A stretch of 64,000 nucleotides of DNA from contig JBBFKW010000005.1 in the NCBI GenBank assembly GCA_037481835.1, positions 157,982 to 221,981 on the forward strand. Reading direction: 5' to 3'. The translations under genes and the position numbers were made by a program. Positions 35,157 through 46,100 of this stretch are shown here, one piece after another. The notes beneath the pieces are model-generated. The model saw only the letters and a list, made by a program, of their open reading frames with translations. It did no database searches and had not been told where the DNA came from. Position 1 is the stretch's first letter, and every line of letters begins with the position of its first letter. Source of the DNA: Desulfosoma sp. GTDB lineage: Bacteria > Desulfobacterota > Syntrophobacteria > Syntrophobacterales > DSM-9756.

Positions 35157-36207
35157 GCCGACCGGATTCTGGCAGACACTTGAAACCGTTCCCGGCGCGG
35201 CCGCGGTGGATGCCGAGTGGAAAGCCCGGTTCGGGAACGATTATGGGACGGCGAAGGCCTTCCTTCGTCCGAACGGCAAACTGGCGTCTTCACATCCCTG
35301 CATGGTTCAACGCGGCTGTGGCTGTGAGCACGAAGTGGTCGTGCACGGTCCGGAGGACATTGTCGCCGTCTGCAGGTGCGAACGTGGATGCGAGACTTTT
35401 GTCCTGCAGCGATCCGACATCGTGGTCTATGAGCTGGATCGTCCGACTCTCGACACGGCGCTCGCCAAGGTCTTCGACCTGATCGCAGAAACCGACGCGG
35501 GAACCGATCTTCCCGGAACGACGCGCATCGGCGTTTACTCTCCATATGCCGGATACCGTTTCCCGGTCTACCTGACCATCCAGATCGAACCCGACGATTT
35601 CAGCGAGGCAGTGGATGGTCTCCTGGGGAGGAATAGCACGCCGTTCATTCTCTTGTCTCCCACACGGGAACTCTGCTCCGCGAAGGCGGAGAAGCGGCTG
35701 ACCGACAAGCGGTCTGGCTTCGTGTCCCTGTCGGAAAGCGTTGCCATCGGTGACAAGCGACAACTTCGGCTTCTTCGTCCACTCGATGAAGTCCTGGCCC
35801 AATTCCGCAGTTCCAATCTTCCATCGCCGAAGGAAGGAGACTCCATGGTCTTCTTCCCCACACCACCGGATGCAACCTGGAGAGACGTATCGATCCGCTT
35901 CAAGGACGGGCATACCGTCTCGGTCAAAGCGAAAACGGCCGGAGGCGTGTTCAATTACACGCAGATGGGCATGGCCAACAAGAAGAACGGCGATCCCACC
36001 GTTCAATGGGATCTGCTCAAGACCTTCGCCGAGGAGCGAGGGGTTCTTGACTGGACCAGCAATAAGGCAGACCGGAAAAACCAGAAACGCCGCGAACTCC
36101 TCGCCGCCAACCTGCGCGACTTCTTCCGCATCGAAGGCGATCCCTTCCGCCTGACGGATGACGGAAAGGGCTGGCAGGCACTCTTCCTCATCTCCCCCGA
36201 CGAATAG
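35146..36207 (+). CDS. Hypothetical protein, Cys-rich N-terminus and probable C-terminal winged helix
   Basis: Overlaps upstream gene; CGCEH..CRCERGC; DPFRLTDDGKGW wing-like end. Confidence 0.75.
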   Translation: MRNRPTGFWQTLETVPGAAAVDAEWKARFGNDYGTAKAFLRPNGKLASSHPCMVQRGCGCEHEVVVHGPEDIVAVCRCERGCETFVLQRSDIVVYELDRPTLDTALAKVFDLIAETDAGTDLPGTTRIGVYSPYAGYRFPVYLTIQIEPDDFSEAVDGLLGRNSTPFILLSPTRELCSAKAEKRLTDKRSGFVSLSESVAIGDKRQLRLLRPLDEVLAQFRSSNLPSPKEGDSMVFFPTPPDATWRDVSIRFKDGHTVSVKAKTAGGVFNYTQMGMANKKNGDPTVQWDLLKTFAEERGVLDWTSNKADRKNQKRRELLAANLRDFFRIEGDPFRLTDDGKGWQALFLISPDE

Positions 36208-36430
36208 TCTGTTCTCCGAGTCAGCGAAATTTCGCTGGGCATCCGGAAAAAAAATCAAAAAAGTTTCCTCTCTGTAGCTCAGGTATTCGCCTGAAATATC
36301 AGCATTTTCCTGCCCATCGCCATCGACGTGCCGGGCCGTTCCGCCCCTCTGATCGAAATTTCGCCAAAGAGGGGTGACGGTCCGGCGAGACCCTCACCCT
36401 GGAAGAAACGCCCGGATGATCCGGGTGAAC

Positions 36431-36477
36431 GCCCCCTGGGAGGTCCATTCGCCGGACCCGCCTCCCAGGGGGCTTTT
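36431..36477 (+). terminator. Terminator/attenuator-like hairpin in the leader of the sigma operon
   Basis: 13-bp stem GCCCCCTGGGAGG/CCTCCCAGGGGGC then TTTT. Confidence 0.55.
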
Positions 36478-36513
36478 CGTTGATGCGCCCAAGTGCGCGA
36501 AAGGAGGTCCGGT

Positions 36514-36846
36514 ATGACGGATGTCGTGACAAAGGCGGCCCTGACTCCTGCCAGGAAACGCCTGGTCGAGCTGATGCAGGAGATCAACTACGGGCGGATC
36601 GAGGGACTGCGCGTCCAAAACGGCGAGCCGGTCTTCGATCCCCCGCCCACCGTGCTGCGGCTGTTTCTGTTCGGCAAGGACAACGGACCGAACGAATCCC
36701 GCGGCAACGACGGCTTCGCTCTGAAAAAGAAGGTGGCGGAGCTGTTCGAGGTCTTCGACCGGGAGCGTTCGCTCTCGATCCAGGAACTCATGATCGACAA
36801 CGGATTACCCGTCCGCATGACCGTGGCGGACGCGGTCCGGGTCTGA
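36514..36846 (+). CDS. Hypothetical protein upstream of the sigma factor
   Basis: AAGGAGGT RBS, 110 aa. Confidence 0.75.
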   Translation: MTDVVTKAALTPARKRLVELMQEINYGRIEGLRVQNGEPVFDPPPTVLRLFLFGKDNGPNESRGNDGFALKKKVAELFEVFDRERSLSIQELMIDNGLPVRMTVADAVRV

Positions 36847-37028
36847 TTCAGACCCGGCCATAGAGCACGGTCCATCACCAGACAACAGACTGGCCGCAGA
36901 GCGGAGGTCGTTGTGGGTGTCGCCGATACCGGCGTACTCGCAACACCTCCGCTCGCTTCGTTTAGAGCGGTCGTCCCGGCATAGGTCGACACCCACACGA
37001 GCTCCTCCTCGGCCCCGAGGAGGCTCAG

Positions 37029-37616
37029 ATGGGTTTCGACAAACGCTACGAAGGAATCGACGAGTATGCCGTTCAGATCATCAAGTACAAGGCGAGACAA
37101 CTGGTCGGACGGGTGGGCTTCACCGAGTCTGACCGCGAGGACCTGGAGCAGGAGATGCTGATGGACCTGCTCCAACGCCTGCCCAAGTACAACCCCGACC
37201 GCGCCCAACGCAACACCTTCATCGCCCGCGTGGTGGAACACAAGATCGCCACCATCATCGAGGCGCGGAAGGCCGGCCTGCGGGATTACCGGCTCTGCAA
37301 TTGTTCGCTCAACGACCGCTTGGAAGACGAGGAAGGCGGCTCCGTCGAGCGCATGGAGACCATCGATCAGGAGGATTACCTGCGCCGCACCGGCAGACTT
37401 TCACGCCCTGCCTCCGAGTTGCGCGATCTCTCCCTCGACGTTCGCAAGGCAATCGAGAAACTTCCGCCCGAGCTGCGTGAGCTGTGCCGCCGTCTCGATA
37501 CCGACACCGTCACGGAGATCTCCCGCGACACCGGGGTTCCGCGGGGGACGATCTACGAGTCCATCAAGAAGTTGCGCGCGATCTTCGAAGACGCCGGTCT
37601 GAGGGACTACCTCTGA
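37029..37616 (+). CDS. Phage-encoded sigma70-family (ECF-like) sigma factor
   Basis: Region 2 DREDLEQE..YNPDRA..TFIARVV; region 4 DVRKAIEKLP..TVTEISRDTGVPRGTIY. Confidence 0.85.
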   Translation: MGFDKRYEGIDEYAVQIIKYKARQLVGRVGFTESDREDLEQEMLMDLLQRLPKYNPDRAQRNTFIARVVEHKIATIIEARKAGLRDYRLCNCSLNDRLEDEEGGSVERMETIDQEDYLRRTGRLSRPASELRDLSLDVRKAIEKLPPELRELCRRLDTDTVTEISRDTGVPRGTIYESIKKLRAIFEDAGLRDYL

Positions 37617-37621
37617 TCGTC

Positions 37622-37651
37622 CGACGGTCCGGGTCCGCCTCCGGTAGGTAT
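37622..37651 (+). promoter_or_regulatory. Phage bipartite motif copy 2
   Basis: CGAC-N14-TCCGGTAGGTAT upstream of the recombination/replication operon. Confidence 0.7.
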
Positions 37652-37753
37652 TGACCGGGTCGGATGCATGGAAGGCGTCCGAGAGGTCGCCGAAAGCATT
37701 CGGCCCGGGCGCGCCCTCCAACAGACCTTACTGAACGGAACGGAGGCAAGATC

Positions 37754-38068
37754 ATGAACCGAGAACTTTACCGATACAACTTCGACTCCAAGGTCCCGAT
37801 CCGGGACATCGAGGAGTCTCTGCTCCTGGCGGTGCTCGCCGCCGAGAGCCTTCACGGTCGGTCGCTGGTTCGGCTGGACGCGTCCTTCTGCCTGGATTCG
37901 CACAAGCGCTCCTGCGTCGTGGATGCAGCGACCGAGGTCGGCCGCGCCATCGCCCGCATCTTCACCGGTTTTCTCACCCGAGAGTTCGGCGAAGAGGCTT
38001 TCCAAGTCGAACGCGTGGGTGACGGCCCGGTGATCGGCCCCGAACTCAAAGCCACGGGGGCCGCCTGA
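37754..38068 (+). CDS. Hypothetical protein
   Basis: GGAGG RBS; first gene of a tightly coupled operon. Confidence 0.7.
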   Translation: MNRELYRYNFDSKVPIRDIEESLLLAVLAAESLHGRSLVRLDASFCLDSHKRSCVVDAATEVGRAIARIFTGFLTREFGEEAFQVERVGDGPVIGPELKATGAA

Positions 38069-39084
38069 TGGAATCGAAAACGACCACCACCTATTCGATG
38101 TGGAGCCTGTTCCGCAATTGCCGCAAGGCATGCGAGTGGCGCTACATCCAGGAACTGGTTCCCCTGGAACGGGACCACAACCTGGCCTTCGGCACGGTGA
38201 TCCACAAGTGCCTGGAGATCTGGCACGGCGGCAGGGACCTGGGGGCCGTCCTCGATTTCATCGACCGGACCTACCCCAACCGCGCACAAGAGGAGGACCA
38301 GAAGCGGGACTGGCACCTGGCCGCAGCGATGATGAAAGGCTACGCGGCCTGCTATGCGAGCGAGGAATTCGATGTCGTCGTCCTCGAAAAGACCTTCGAG
38401 GGGGGCATCGTCAACCCGGCCACCGGCGCTTCATCCAGAAGCTTCGTGCTGGCCGGAAAGGTCGACGGCGTCGTCAGGATCGGCGACGAGCATTTCCTGA
38501 TCGAGCACAAGACCGCCTCGCAGGTGGATGCGGACTACCTGGAGCGGCTCTGGACCGACTTCCAGATCGTCCTTTACTCCCGCTACGTGGAACAGACGCT
38601 CGGCATCCGCATCGCAGGTGTCCTCTACAACATCCTGGTCAAGGCCCGTCTGCAACAGGGACGCGGTGAAACCGAAGCCGAGTTCGAGGCGCGGCGGGCC
38701 GATCTGATCGCAAAGTCCAAGACCGGCAAGAGCAACGCCAAACGCAGACTGACGGAGAGCGACGACGAGTTCCAGGCACGGCTGGCCGCCAAGTACACCG
38801 AGCCGGGCATGTTCCATCGGGAGATGCTTTATCTCTCCCGTGACCGGTTCGAGAACCTGCAGTCCGAACTCTGGGAACTGACCCAGGCCTTTCTCGACGC
38901 GCGCCGACGCGGCGTCTTCTACCAGAACACCGCCTTCTGTTTCCACTACCGCCGGTCCTGCGCCTATTTCCCGCTCTGCCGCGCCGACGGCAGCCCGAAC
39001 GTCATCGAGAACTTTTACCGCAAAGTCCCCCCGCACGAAGAGCTGCGGGACGAGACCTCGTTCGAAGAGGCTTCGGCTTTTTGA
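38068..39084 (+). CDS. PD-(D/E)XK exonuclease (RecB/Cas4-like)
   Basis: FGTVIH, GKVDG, IEHKT, Q...Y, conserved Cys. Confidence 0.85.
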   Translation: MESKTTTTYSMWSLFRNCRKACEWRYIQELVPLERDHNLAFGTVIHKCLEIWHGGRDLGAVLDFIDRTYPNRAQEEDQKRDWHLAAAMMKGYAACYASEEFDVVVLEKTFEGGIVNPATGASSRSFVLAGKVDGVVRIGDEHFLIEHKTASQVDADYLERLWTDFQIVLYSRYVEQTLGIRIAGVLYNILVKARLQQGRGETEAEFEARRADLIAKSKTGKSNAKRRLTESDDEFQARLAAKYTEPGMFHREMLYLSRDRFENLQSELWELTQAFLDARRRGVFYQNTAFCFHYRRSCAYFPLCRADGSPNVIENFYRKVPPHEELRDETSFEEASAF

Positions 39085-39109
39085 GGCCCCATAGAAAAGG
39101 AGAACCGAC

Positions 39110-39889
39110 ATGTTGCCTACGAAGAAAAGTCCCCCCAAGCAGGATCACGCCGATCTCACGGTGCTGGTATACGGCCCGAGCAAGATCGGCAAATCGACCT
39201 GGTGTTCCCGGTCCGAAGGCGCGCTGTTTCTCGCCACCGAACCGGGGCTGAATTCGCTGGATGTCTTCCAGGTCCCCATCAGGAGCTGGGAAGAGTTGCT
39301 GGCCGCCTGCGGCGAAATCGCCGAGGGCAAGCATCCGTTCAAGACCGTCATTCTCGACACGGTCGACAACGCCTACCGGATGTGCAGCGACTACATCTGC
39401 GCGAAATTCAAGATCGAACACGAGTCCGATCTCGGCTACGGCAAGGGCTGGGCGCTGATCAACAACGAGTTTCACCGTGTTCTGACCAAGCTGGCCTTCC
39501 TGCCCTATGGACTTTTCCTGGTCTCCCATTCCCAGGAAAAGGAAATCGAGACGCGGACCGGCAAGTACATCCGCATCATCCCGACGCTCCCCGACAAGGC
39601 CCGCAAAATCGTGCTGGGCATGGTCGATTTGATCCTCTTCTGCGATCTGGAAGTGACGAGCGACGAGAGCGGCAAACCGGTCTACCGCCGCGTCATGCGC
39701 ACCAAGCCCAGCCCCCACTACGAGGCGGGCGACCGCACGGGACGGCTTCCCGACACCATCGACCTCAATTTCCAGGCTTTCATTGAAGCGTTCAACAGGC
39801 CGGCGGCCGCGCCGAGGGCGAGTGCCCCGCGGTCGGTGCCGGCACCGGGGGACGGGCAGGACAAGAAGCCCGCACCCGCCGGTAAATAA
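39110..39889 (+). CDS. AAA ATPase, Sak4-like single-strand annealing protein
   Basis: YGPSKIGKST, TVILDT; between exonuclease and SSB-like gene. Confidence 0.8.
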   Translation: MLPTKKSPPKQDHADLTVLVYGPSKIGKSTWCSRSEGALFLATEPGLNSLDVFQVPIRSWEELLAACGEIAEGKHPFKTVILDTVDNAYRMCSDYICAKFKIEHESDLGYGKGWALINNEFHRVLTKLAFLPYGLFLVSHSQEKEIETRTGKYIRIIPTLPDKARKIVLGMVDLILFCDLEVTSDESGKPVYRRVMRTKPSPHYEAGDRTGRLPDTIDLNFQAFIEAFNRPAAAPRASAPRSVPAPGDGQDKKPAPAGK

Positions 39890-39913
39890 ATCCCATAGAT
39901 GGAGGAACAGACC

Positions 39914-40408
39914 ATGCAGAACGAAGACTACGGACATTTCGACGAGCCTCGCGGCCACGAGGACATCGACCTCGCGCAGTTCGACGACGATTTCGCACAT
40001 GCCGAGGTCGAGGAACGCGAGTTCGAGACCATCCCGGACGGCAAGTACCAGGTGAACGTCGAGCGGGTGGAGCTGACCCGGGCCCAGACCTCGGGAAACC
40101 CCATGCTCAAGTGGACGCTGCGCATCCTCGCCCCGAAGTTCCGGGGAAGACTCCTGTGGCGCAACAACGTCATGGCCACCCGCGAGAACATCAAGTGGCT
40201 CAAGACGGACCTGCACACCTGCGGGTTGAACCTGGACAAGCTCTCCGAGCTTCCGACCAACCTGGAAAAGCTCATCAACGTCAAGCTCGAGATCACCAAG
40301 CGCACGCGCGGCGAGAACGAGAACGTCTACATCAACCGGCGCATCGTGCTCGAAGACGGCGGAGACGAATACGACTCGGCGGCTCGCAACGCCCTGGCCC
40401 CGTTCTGA
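39914..40408 (+). CDS. DUF669-like ssDNA-binding protein
   Basis: IPDGKYQV, SGNPMLKW, acidic tail ending PF. Confidence 0.75.
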   Translation: MQNEDYGHFDEPRGHEDIDLAQFDDDFAHAEVEEREFETIPDGKYQVNVERVELTRAQTSGNPMLKWTLRILAPKFRGRLLWRNNVMATRENIKWLKTDLHTCGLNLDKLSELPTNLEKLINVKLEITKRTRGENENVYINRRIVLEDGGDEYDSAARNALAPF

Positions 40409-40409
40409 C

Positions 40410-40874
40410 GTGAACCGGGTCACCGTCGTCGTCGACACGCGGGAGCAGGAGCCCTACACCTTCGAATCCGGTTGCACGGAGGTCGTCCGCCGCGCCCTCC
40501 CCGCCGGGGATTACTCCATCGAAGGGCATGAGGATTCCGTGGCGGTGGAGCGAAAGACTCTCGAGGATTTCGTCTCCACCGTCATCCGATCCCGCAAGCG
40601 GTTCACCAGGGAGCTGCGCCGTCTCTGCGAGTACGACGCCGCGTGCGTCGTGGTGGAAGCGGATCTCCGGGACATCCTCGGAGGCCGCTACCGCTCCGGA
40701 GCGCATCCCAACGCCGTCCTGGGAGCTCTGCTTTCCATCGTCGTCGACTTCGGCATCCCGGTGTTTTTCTGCTCCGACCGGCAGGCCGCCTGCCGGTTCG
40801 TGGAGGAATTTCTACACAGGTATCACCGGAAGGTATCGAGACGATGCGAACAAGATCAAACAACCAATCCGTAA
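40410..40874 (+). CDS. ERCC4-domain nuclease
   Basis: VDTREQ, LPAGDYS, VERKT. Confidence 0.88.
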   Translation: MNRVTVVVDTREQEPYTFESGCTEVVRRALPAGDYSIEGHEDSVAVERKTLEDFVSTVIRSRKRFTRELRRLCEYDAACVVVEADLRDILGGRYRSGAHPNAVLGALLSIVVDFGIPVFFCSDRQAACRFVEEFLHRYHRKVSRRCEQDQTTNP

Positions 40875-43072
40875 CCGTCCGCGGCCGCATCGAGACGGTC
40901 TTCTACGCCGGGCCGCGGTTCTCCGCAGGCCGTCTCACGACGGCAGACGGCGACGAGGTTCAGTTCGCCGGTCGGCTCTTCGCCCGTGAGAACGAACCGG
41001 TCGTGTTGAACGGCCGCTGGGTGACCCACCCGAAATACGGCCGACAATTCGAGGTCGAGGGCATGGAATACGACCTCGATCTGGACGCCGACGGTCTCGC
41101 CAACTACCTGGCCAACCACCCGGAGATGAAAGGCATCGGCCCGGCCAAGGCCCGCTTGATCGCCGAACGCTTCGGTCACGATTTCGACCGGATCATCACC
41201 GACGAACCCGGACAAATCGCCGAGGCGGCAAGGCTGCCGCTGGATGCCGTACAGAAGCTCCGCACGGAGTGGCTCAAGACGCGGGAGACCAACAAGGCGA
41301 TCACCTGGCTGGCCGCTTTCGATCTCACCCATCACCAGGTGACGAGCCTGGTCAAAAAGTTCGGCAACGACGTGCTGGGACTGCTCAAGGCAGATCCGTA
41401 CATCATCGTGCGCGAGGTCCGCGGCTTCGGCTTCAAGCGCGTGGACAAGATCGCGCGGAAGATGGGCACCGCCAAAGACGACCCCGCGCGCATCCGGGCC
41501 GGCGTCCTCCACTGCGTGAACGAATCACTGGACCAAGGCGACTGCTGGATCGAGTTCGAGGAGCTGGTCGATCAAGCCAACGTACTGCTGGTCATGGACG
41601 TTCTCGACAGCCGGGACCGCATCGAGCAGGCGCTCGACCGGCTCATCGACGAGAATCTCTTGGTCTGCGTCTCCCACGGCGGGAGGTTCCTCGTCGCCAA
41701 GCCCGAAATCCGCGCGATGGAGGAGTACCTGGCAAAGGTCTTCCGGAACGGCGGAGCGCCCAACCCGCACTTCCCCGACCGAGACCGCCTGCCCGACATG
41801 GTCGCAGAAACCGCGCCGCAGCTCAACGCGGGCCAGCGGCAGGCCGCCGTCACAGCACTTCGTCATTCGATTTCGCTCATCTCCGGCGGAGCGGGCAGCG
41901 GCAAGACCTTCACCGTATCCGCCATCACCGGTGTTTACGAGGAACAGGGACTGCGCGTCGTCCTGGCCGCGCCCACAGGCAAGGCCGCCAAGCGTCTCGA
42001 ACAGGTCGTCGGCCATCCGGCGGGTACGATCCACCGGCTGCTCGGTTTCAACGGCAAAGACTATGCCCGGGGACCGGACGATCCCATCGACGCCGATGTG
42101 ATCATCGTCGACGAGGTCTCGATGGTGGATGTGCCCCTGGCTTGGCACCTCTTTCAGAGCATCGATCTCGAGCGGTCCGCCGTGGTGCTGGTTGGAGACC
42201 ACAACCAACTGCCTCCCGTCGGACCGGGCAATCTGTTGCGGGACCTGGTCCAGTCGCGGATGGTCCCCACGGTGCTCCTCGACCAGGTGGTTCGGCAGGC
42301 CGGTATCCTGAAGGAGAACAGCATCGCCGTCTTGAACGGCGAGGTCCGCAAGACGAGCGACGCCGAACCCTCCGGCCGCCGCGCCTGGTACGTCGTGGAT
42401 CAGTTCACCGATCAATGGGACGCGCAGCGGTTCGTACTGGACCTCTTCGAAAATGTGCTCGTGGAACGCCTCGGGTTCGACCTGTTGACCGATGTCCAGC
42501 TTCTGACCCCGACCCACAAGGGCCCGCTGGGCACACGCGAACTCAACTGTGAGCTGCAGCGTCTGGTGCAGCGCAGACTCTGGAATGTCGAAGCGCCCCC
42601 GACGCCCCCCAGTCGCCGGCCCAAGTTTCTCGCGCATGACAAGGTCATCCAGACCCGGAACAACTACGAGATCGGCGTCATGAACGGCGCGATGGGCGTG
42701 GTTCTCCACGTCGGCCGCGACGGCTCTCTGAGCCTGGACTTCGACGGCATCCCGGTGGAGATCGAGGCCGGTTCGCCCAACCTGCAGGACATCCAACTCG
42801 CCTATGCCCTGACGATCCACAAGGCCCAGGGCTCCGAGTTTCCATGCGCCGTGGTGGTGGTCCACAAGGCCCACTCCTTCATGCACCACCGGAACCTTCT
42901 CTACACCGGCGTCACGCGGGCCAGACAGACGACGGTCCTCGTCGGGGACCGCTGGGGCATCTCGAACTGCGCCAGAAAGAGGAAACAGGACGACCGCCGA
43001 ACGTTCCTCTCCATCTTGCTGGATGCAGGTCGCCTTGAGGAATCCCGTGTCCCCGCGACGACCGGTCAGTAG
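40844..43072 (+). CDS. RecD2-like SF1B helicase
   Basis: HPKYGRQF, GGAGSGKT, IVDEVSM, GDHNQL, TIHKAQGSEF, LYTGVTRA. Confidence 0.92.
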   Translation: MRTRSNNQSVTVRGRIETVFYAGPRFSAGRLTTADGDEVQFAGRLFARENEPVVLNGRWVTHPKYGRQFEVEGMEYDLDLDADGLANYLANHPEMKGIGPAKARLIAERFGHDFDRIITDEPGQIAEAARLPLDAVQKLRTEWLKTRETNKAITWLAAFDLTHHQVTSLVKKFGNDVLGLLKADPYIIVREVRGFGFKRVDKIARKMGTAKDDPARIRAGVLHCVNESLDQGDCWIEFEELVDQANVLLVMDVLDSRDRIEQALDRLIDENLLVCVSHGGRFLVAKPEIRAMEEYLAKVFRNGGAPNPHFPDRDRLPDMVAETAPQLNAGQRQAAVTALRHSISLISGGAGSGKTFTVSAITGVYEEQGLRVVLAAPTGKAAKRLEQVVGHPAGTIHRLLGFNGKDYARGPDDPIDADVIIVDEVSMVDVPLAWHLFQSIDLERSAVVLVGDHNQLPPVGPGNLLRDLVQSRMVPTVLLDQVVRQAGILKENSIAVLNGEVRKTSDAEPSGRRAWYVVDQFTDQWDAQRFVLDLFENVLVERLGFDLLTDVQLLTPTHKGPLGTRELNCELQRLVQRRLWNVEAPPTPPSRRPKFLAHDKVIQTRNNYEIGVMNGAMGVVLHVGRDGSLSLDFDGIPVEIEAGSPNLQDIQLAYALTIHKAQGSEFPCAVVVVHKAHSFMHHRNLLYTGVTRARQTTVLVGDRWGISNCARKRKQDDRRTFLSILLDAGRLEESRVPATTGQ

Positions 43073-43101
43073 CGAATGGACATTCTTGGAGCGGAGCACG
43101 C

Positions 43102-46100
43102 ATGGCATTCGAACGTCAGGACAACGTGAGGGAGTATTACCGGCGGATCACCGAGGTCGACATCGGTGCGGTCGCGCGGGAGTTGCTCGGCGCTCACGTC
43201 CTGCATGAATCCGACCGCCTGCTCCAATGCGACTGCCCGAACCACAGCAGCCAATCGCACCGTTCCCTCCATGTCATGCTCGACAAGCAGGGTTGGTATT
43301 GTTTCGGCTGCGGCGTGGGCGGCGACGTGCTCCAGCTCGTGGAGTTCATCCAGTCGGGCCGGGTGACGCGGGGCCGGTCCGGCCCCATGCCGGAGAGCCA
43401 TCAGCGCGCCCGCGATTATCTCGCGGCCAAGGTGGGCCTGCCGTCTTTGGCCAAGCACGGACTCTCGCCCGAGGAATTGGCCGAAGCCGAGACCCAGCGC
43501 TTGGTTGAACTGCGGGTTCATGAGGTGTTGACGGCCCTGGCGGAACACTATCACGGGCGGCTCAAGGACAATCCCGAGGTACTCGAATGGCTTCGGTCCA
43601 AGTACGGTCTTTCCGTGGAGACTGTCGACAGGCTCCGTATCGGCTATGCGGACAACGACGGCGACGAGGGAATCGTCCGGAAGTTGACCTGCAAGGAACG
43701 CGGTTTCTCCCCGCGGGACTTGGCCGCATCCGGCGCGTTTCGTCCCACCAACCAAGACGGACTCGATCCGTTCTTCGACCGGCGCATCGTGTTTCCCTAC
43801 TGGAGCCGCGGCCGCGTCGTTTTCATGATCGGACGCAAGACACCGTGGACGCCTGACAAGCCATGGGAACAAGGAAAATACAAGAAGCTCCCGGTCCACG
43901 ACGAAAACACCCGCAAGCACATCGCCCCGTGCATCGACAACAGCCACCTTTACAACGAGGACTGCCTGCTCGCCGATCCGGAACGGTTAATCATCACCGA
44001 GGGCGTGACCGACTGCATATCCCTCATGGAACATGGCTTCCCGGCCGTGTCGCCGGTGACTGTCCGTATCCGCGAGGCGGATTGGGAGCGGCTTCTGCCG
44101 CGCCTTCGCAACGTGAAGACGGTCTACGTCTGCCAGGACAACGAGATCTCCCAGGCCGGGTTGAACGGCGCGCTCAAGACGGCGGCGGTCCTTTCCGAGC
44201 ACCGCATACAGACCCGGCTTGCGGTTCTCCCCCTGGACGAAAGACGCGAGAACGCCCGCCGGGAATTGCGGGAGCGGTTCGGTCTCGACGCCGCGGTGGG
44301 AGCCCGCGAACTGACCAAGCGCCTCGACGGCCGGACCAAGGAGGAAATCCGCGAGGCCGAGCGCCTGCTCTCCGAAGCCAAGATCGATGTCAACGACTAC
44401 TTCGTAGCCGGTCACTCCGCCCAAGACTTCGAAGAGTTGCTGGCGAAGGCCGAGACGCCCTTGGAATTCGGCATCTCCCATCTGCCGACCGACGTCTCGG
44501 AGGAGGAGCGCAACCGGCTGCTCGAACCGATCCTGCGCGAAGCCGCATACCTCACCCCGCTGGAGCAGAACCGCCATCTGAAACTCGTTCAGGAGCGGTT
44601 CGGCAAGACGGGACTCTCGCTGGCCACGTTGCGCGAGCAAGTGCGGGCGGTGCAGAAAGAGCAGAGGTCCAAGGCCAGGCAGGAACGGAAGCGGGAAAAG
44701 CGATCATCGGATGCATCTCCCGGATCGTGCCGGGCGCGGATCGAGGAAGTTCTGCTTGCGACCGAAGAAGAACGCGGCTCGCCCGACTTCACCCTCGCCG
44801 CCGAAGCCGCCTACGAATGGTTCGCCGCCCACGGGGCCAGGTTCTTCCGCACGCCCCAGGGCGAGCCGTTCATGTTCTTCGAGGACACGATCCTGTGGAT
44901 GGACACGCCCGACCGGGGCCGTAAGCGGCTCTACGCGTCGCTCATGTACAAGCACACCGGGATGGTGCAGACCACCGGCGGCGGCAGGATATTCTATGAG
45001 GTGCTGTCAAACCTGGCGGTGGAGCGCGGACAGGTGCGGGAGCATTTTTCCTGGCTTCACACGGACGTGGCCAGGGAAACGGTCTACTTCAACCTGAACA
45101 ACACCGACCACGAGATCGCCAAGATCACTCCGGAGGGAGTCGAAATCCTCAAGAACGGCGGCAACGCGGACGGGGTCATCCTGGACGGTTCGCGGAAGAT
45201 GGCACCGATCCGGTTCCTTCCCGAGGCCGAACCCGCGGAAGCCGACCGGCTCCTGGTGGAGCTGTTGCTCGACAATCTCACCTGCGCGCCGGGGGATCGG
45301 GTGCTGATCCTCTCTTGGCTTTCTTGCTTCCTCCTGATCGATTTCGCAGGCACGAGGCCCATGACCCGGTTCGAAGGGCCAGCGGGATCGGGCAAGACCA
45401 CCGCGAGCAAGTTGATTTCGGCCCTGCTCTACGGCGAGCCCCAACAGAAGAAAAGCACCGATGCGGCCAACTACACCGACGGCTCGCAGAACCCGCTCAT
45501 CGTCCTCGACAACATCGAGGTCAAACAGATGACCGAGGACCTGACGACCTTCATCCTGACCAGCATCACCGGCATCGCCAAGGAAAAACGCAAAAGCGGC
45601 ACGGACACCGAGACGGTCATCGAACGGACCAAGTGCCTGCTCAACACGACCGGCATCGAACCCCTGGGAGGGGAGCTCGCGGAAATCCTGTCCCGCTCGT
45701 TCATCATCCGCTTCGACATGGACGAGCAGGCGAGCGATTGTTTCCTCGAAGCGAAAATTCTGGCTGCGCTCCGGGAGCACCGCGATCTGATCGTCTCTTC
45801 CCTGATGAAGCGCACGAGCCACCTGCTGGCCATGCTCCGGGCCGGCGCTCAAGAGAAGGTGATGCGGCTTCTGCACCGGAGCCTCGGAAACCACAGCAAG
45901 CGGCGATGCAACGACTATCTGAGTCTCATGTATCTGATGATGCTTGCCGGGGAGCGACAGGAAGTGATCGACCGGGCGCTGGAGGAACTCCATCCGCAGT
46001 TCGTGAGCCGGATCGCCACGCTCAACAGCGTCAGCCTCGAGACCGCCCGCGAGTCCAATCCCATCGCCACCTGTCTGGCGGCGCTCTTCAAGGCCTACCG

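Noticed and set aside
38068..39084. Cas4-like nuclease as a sign of CRISPR-Cas
   Set aside because: No array or other cas genes; context is a phage recombination module
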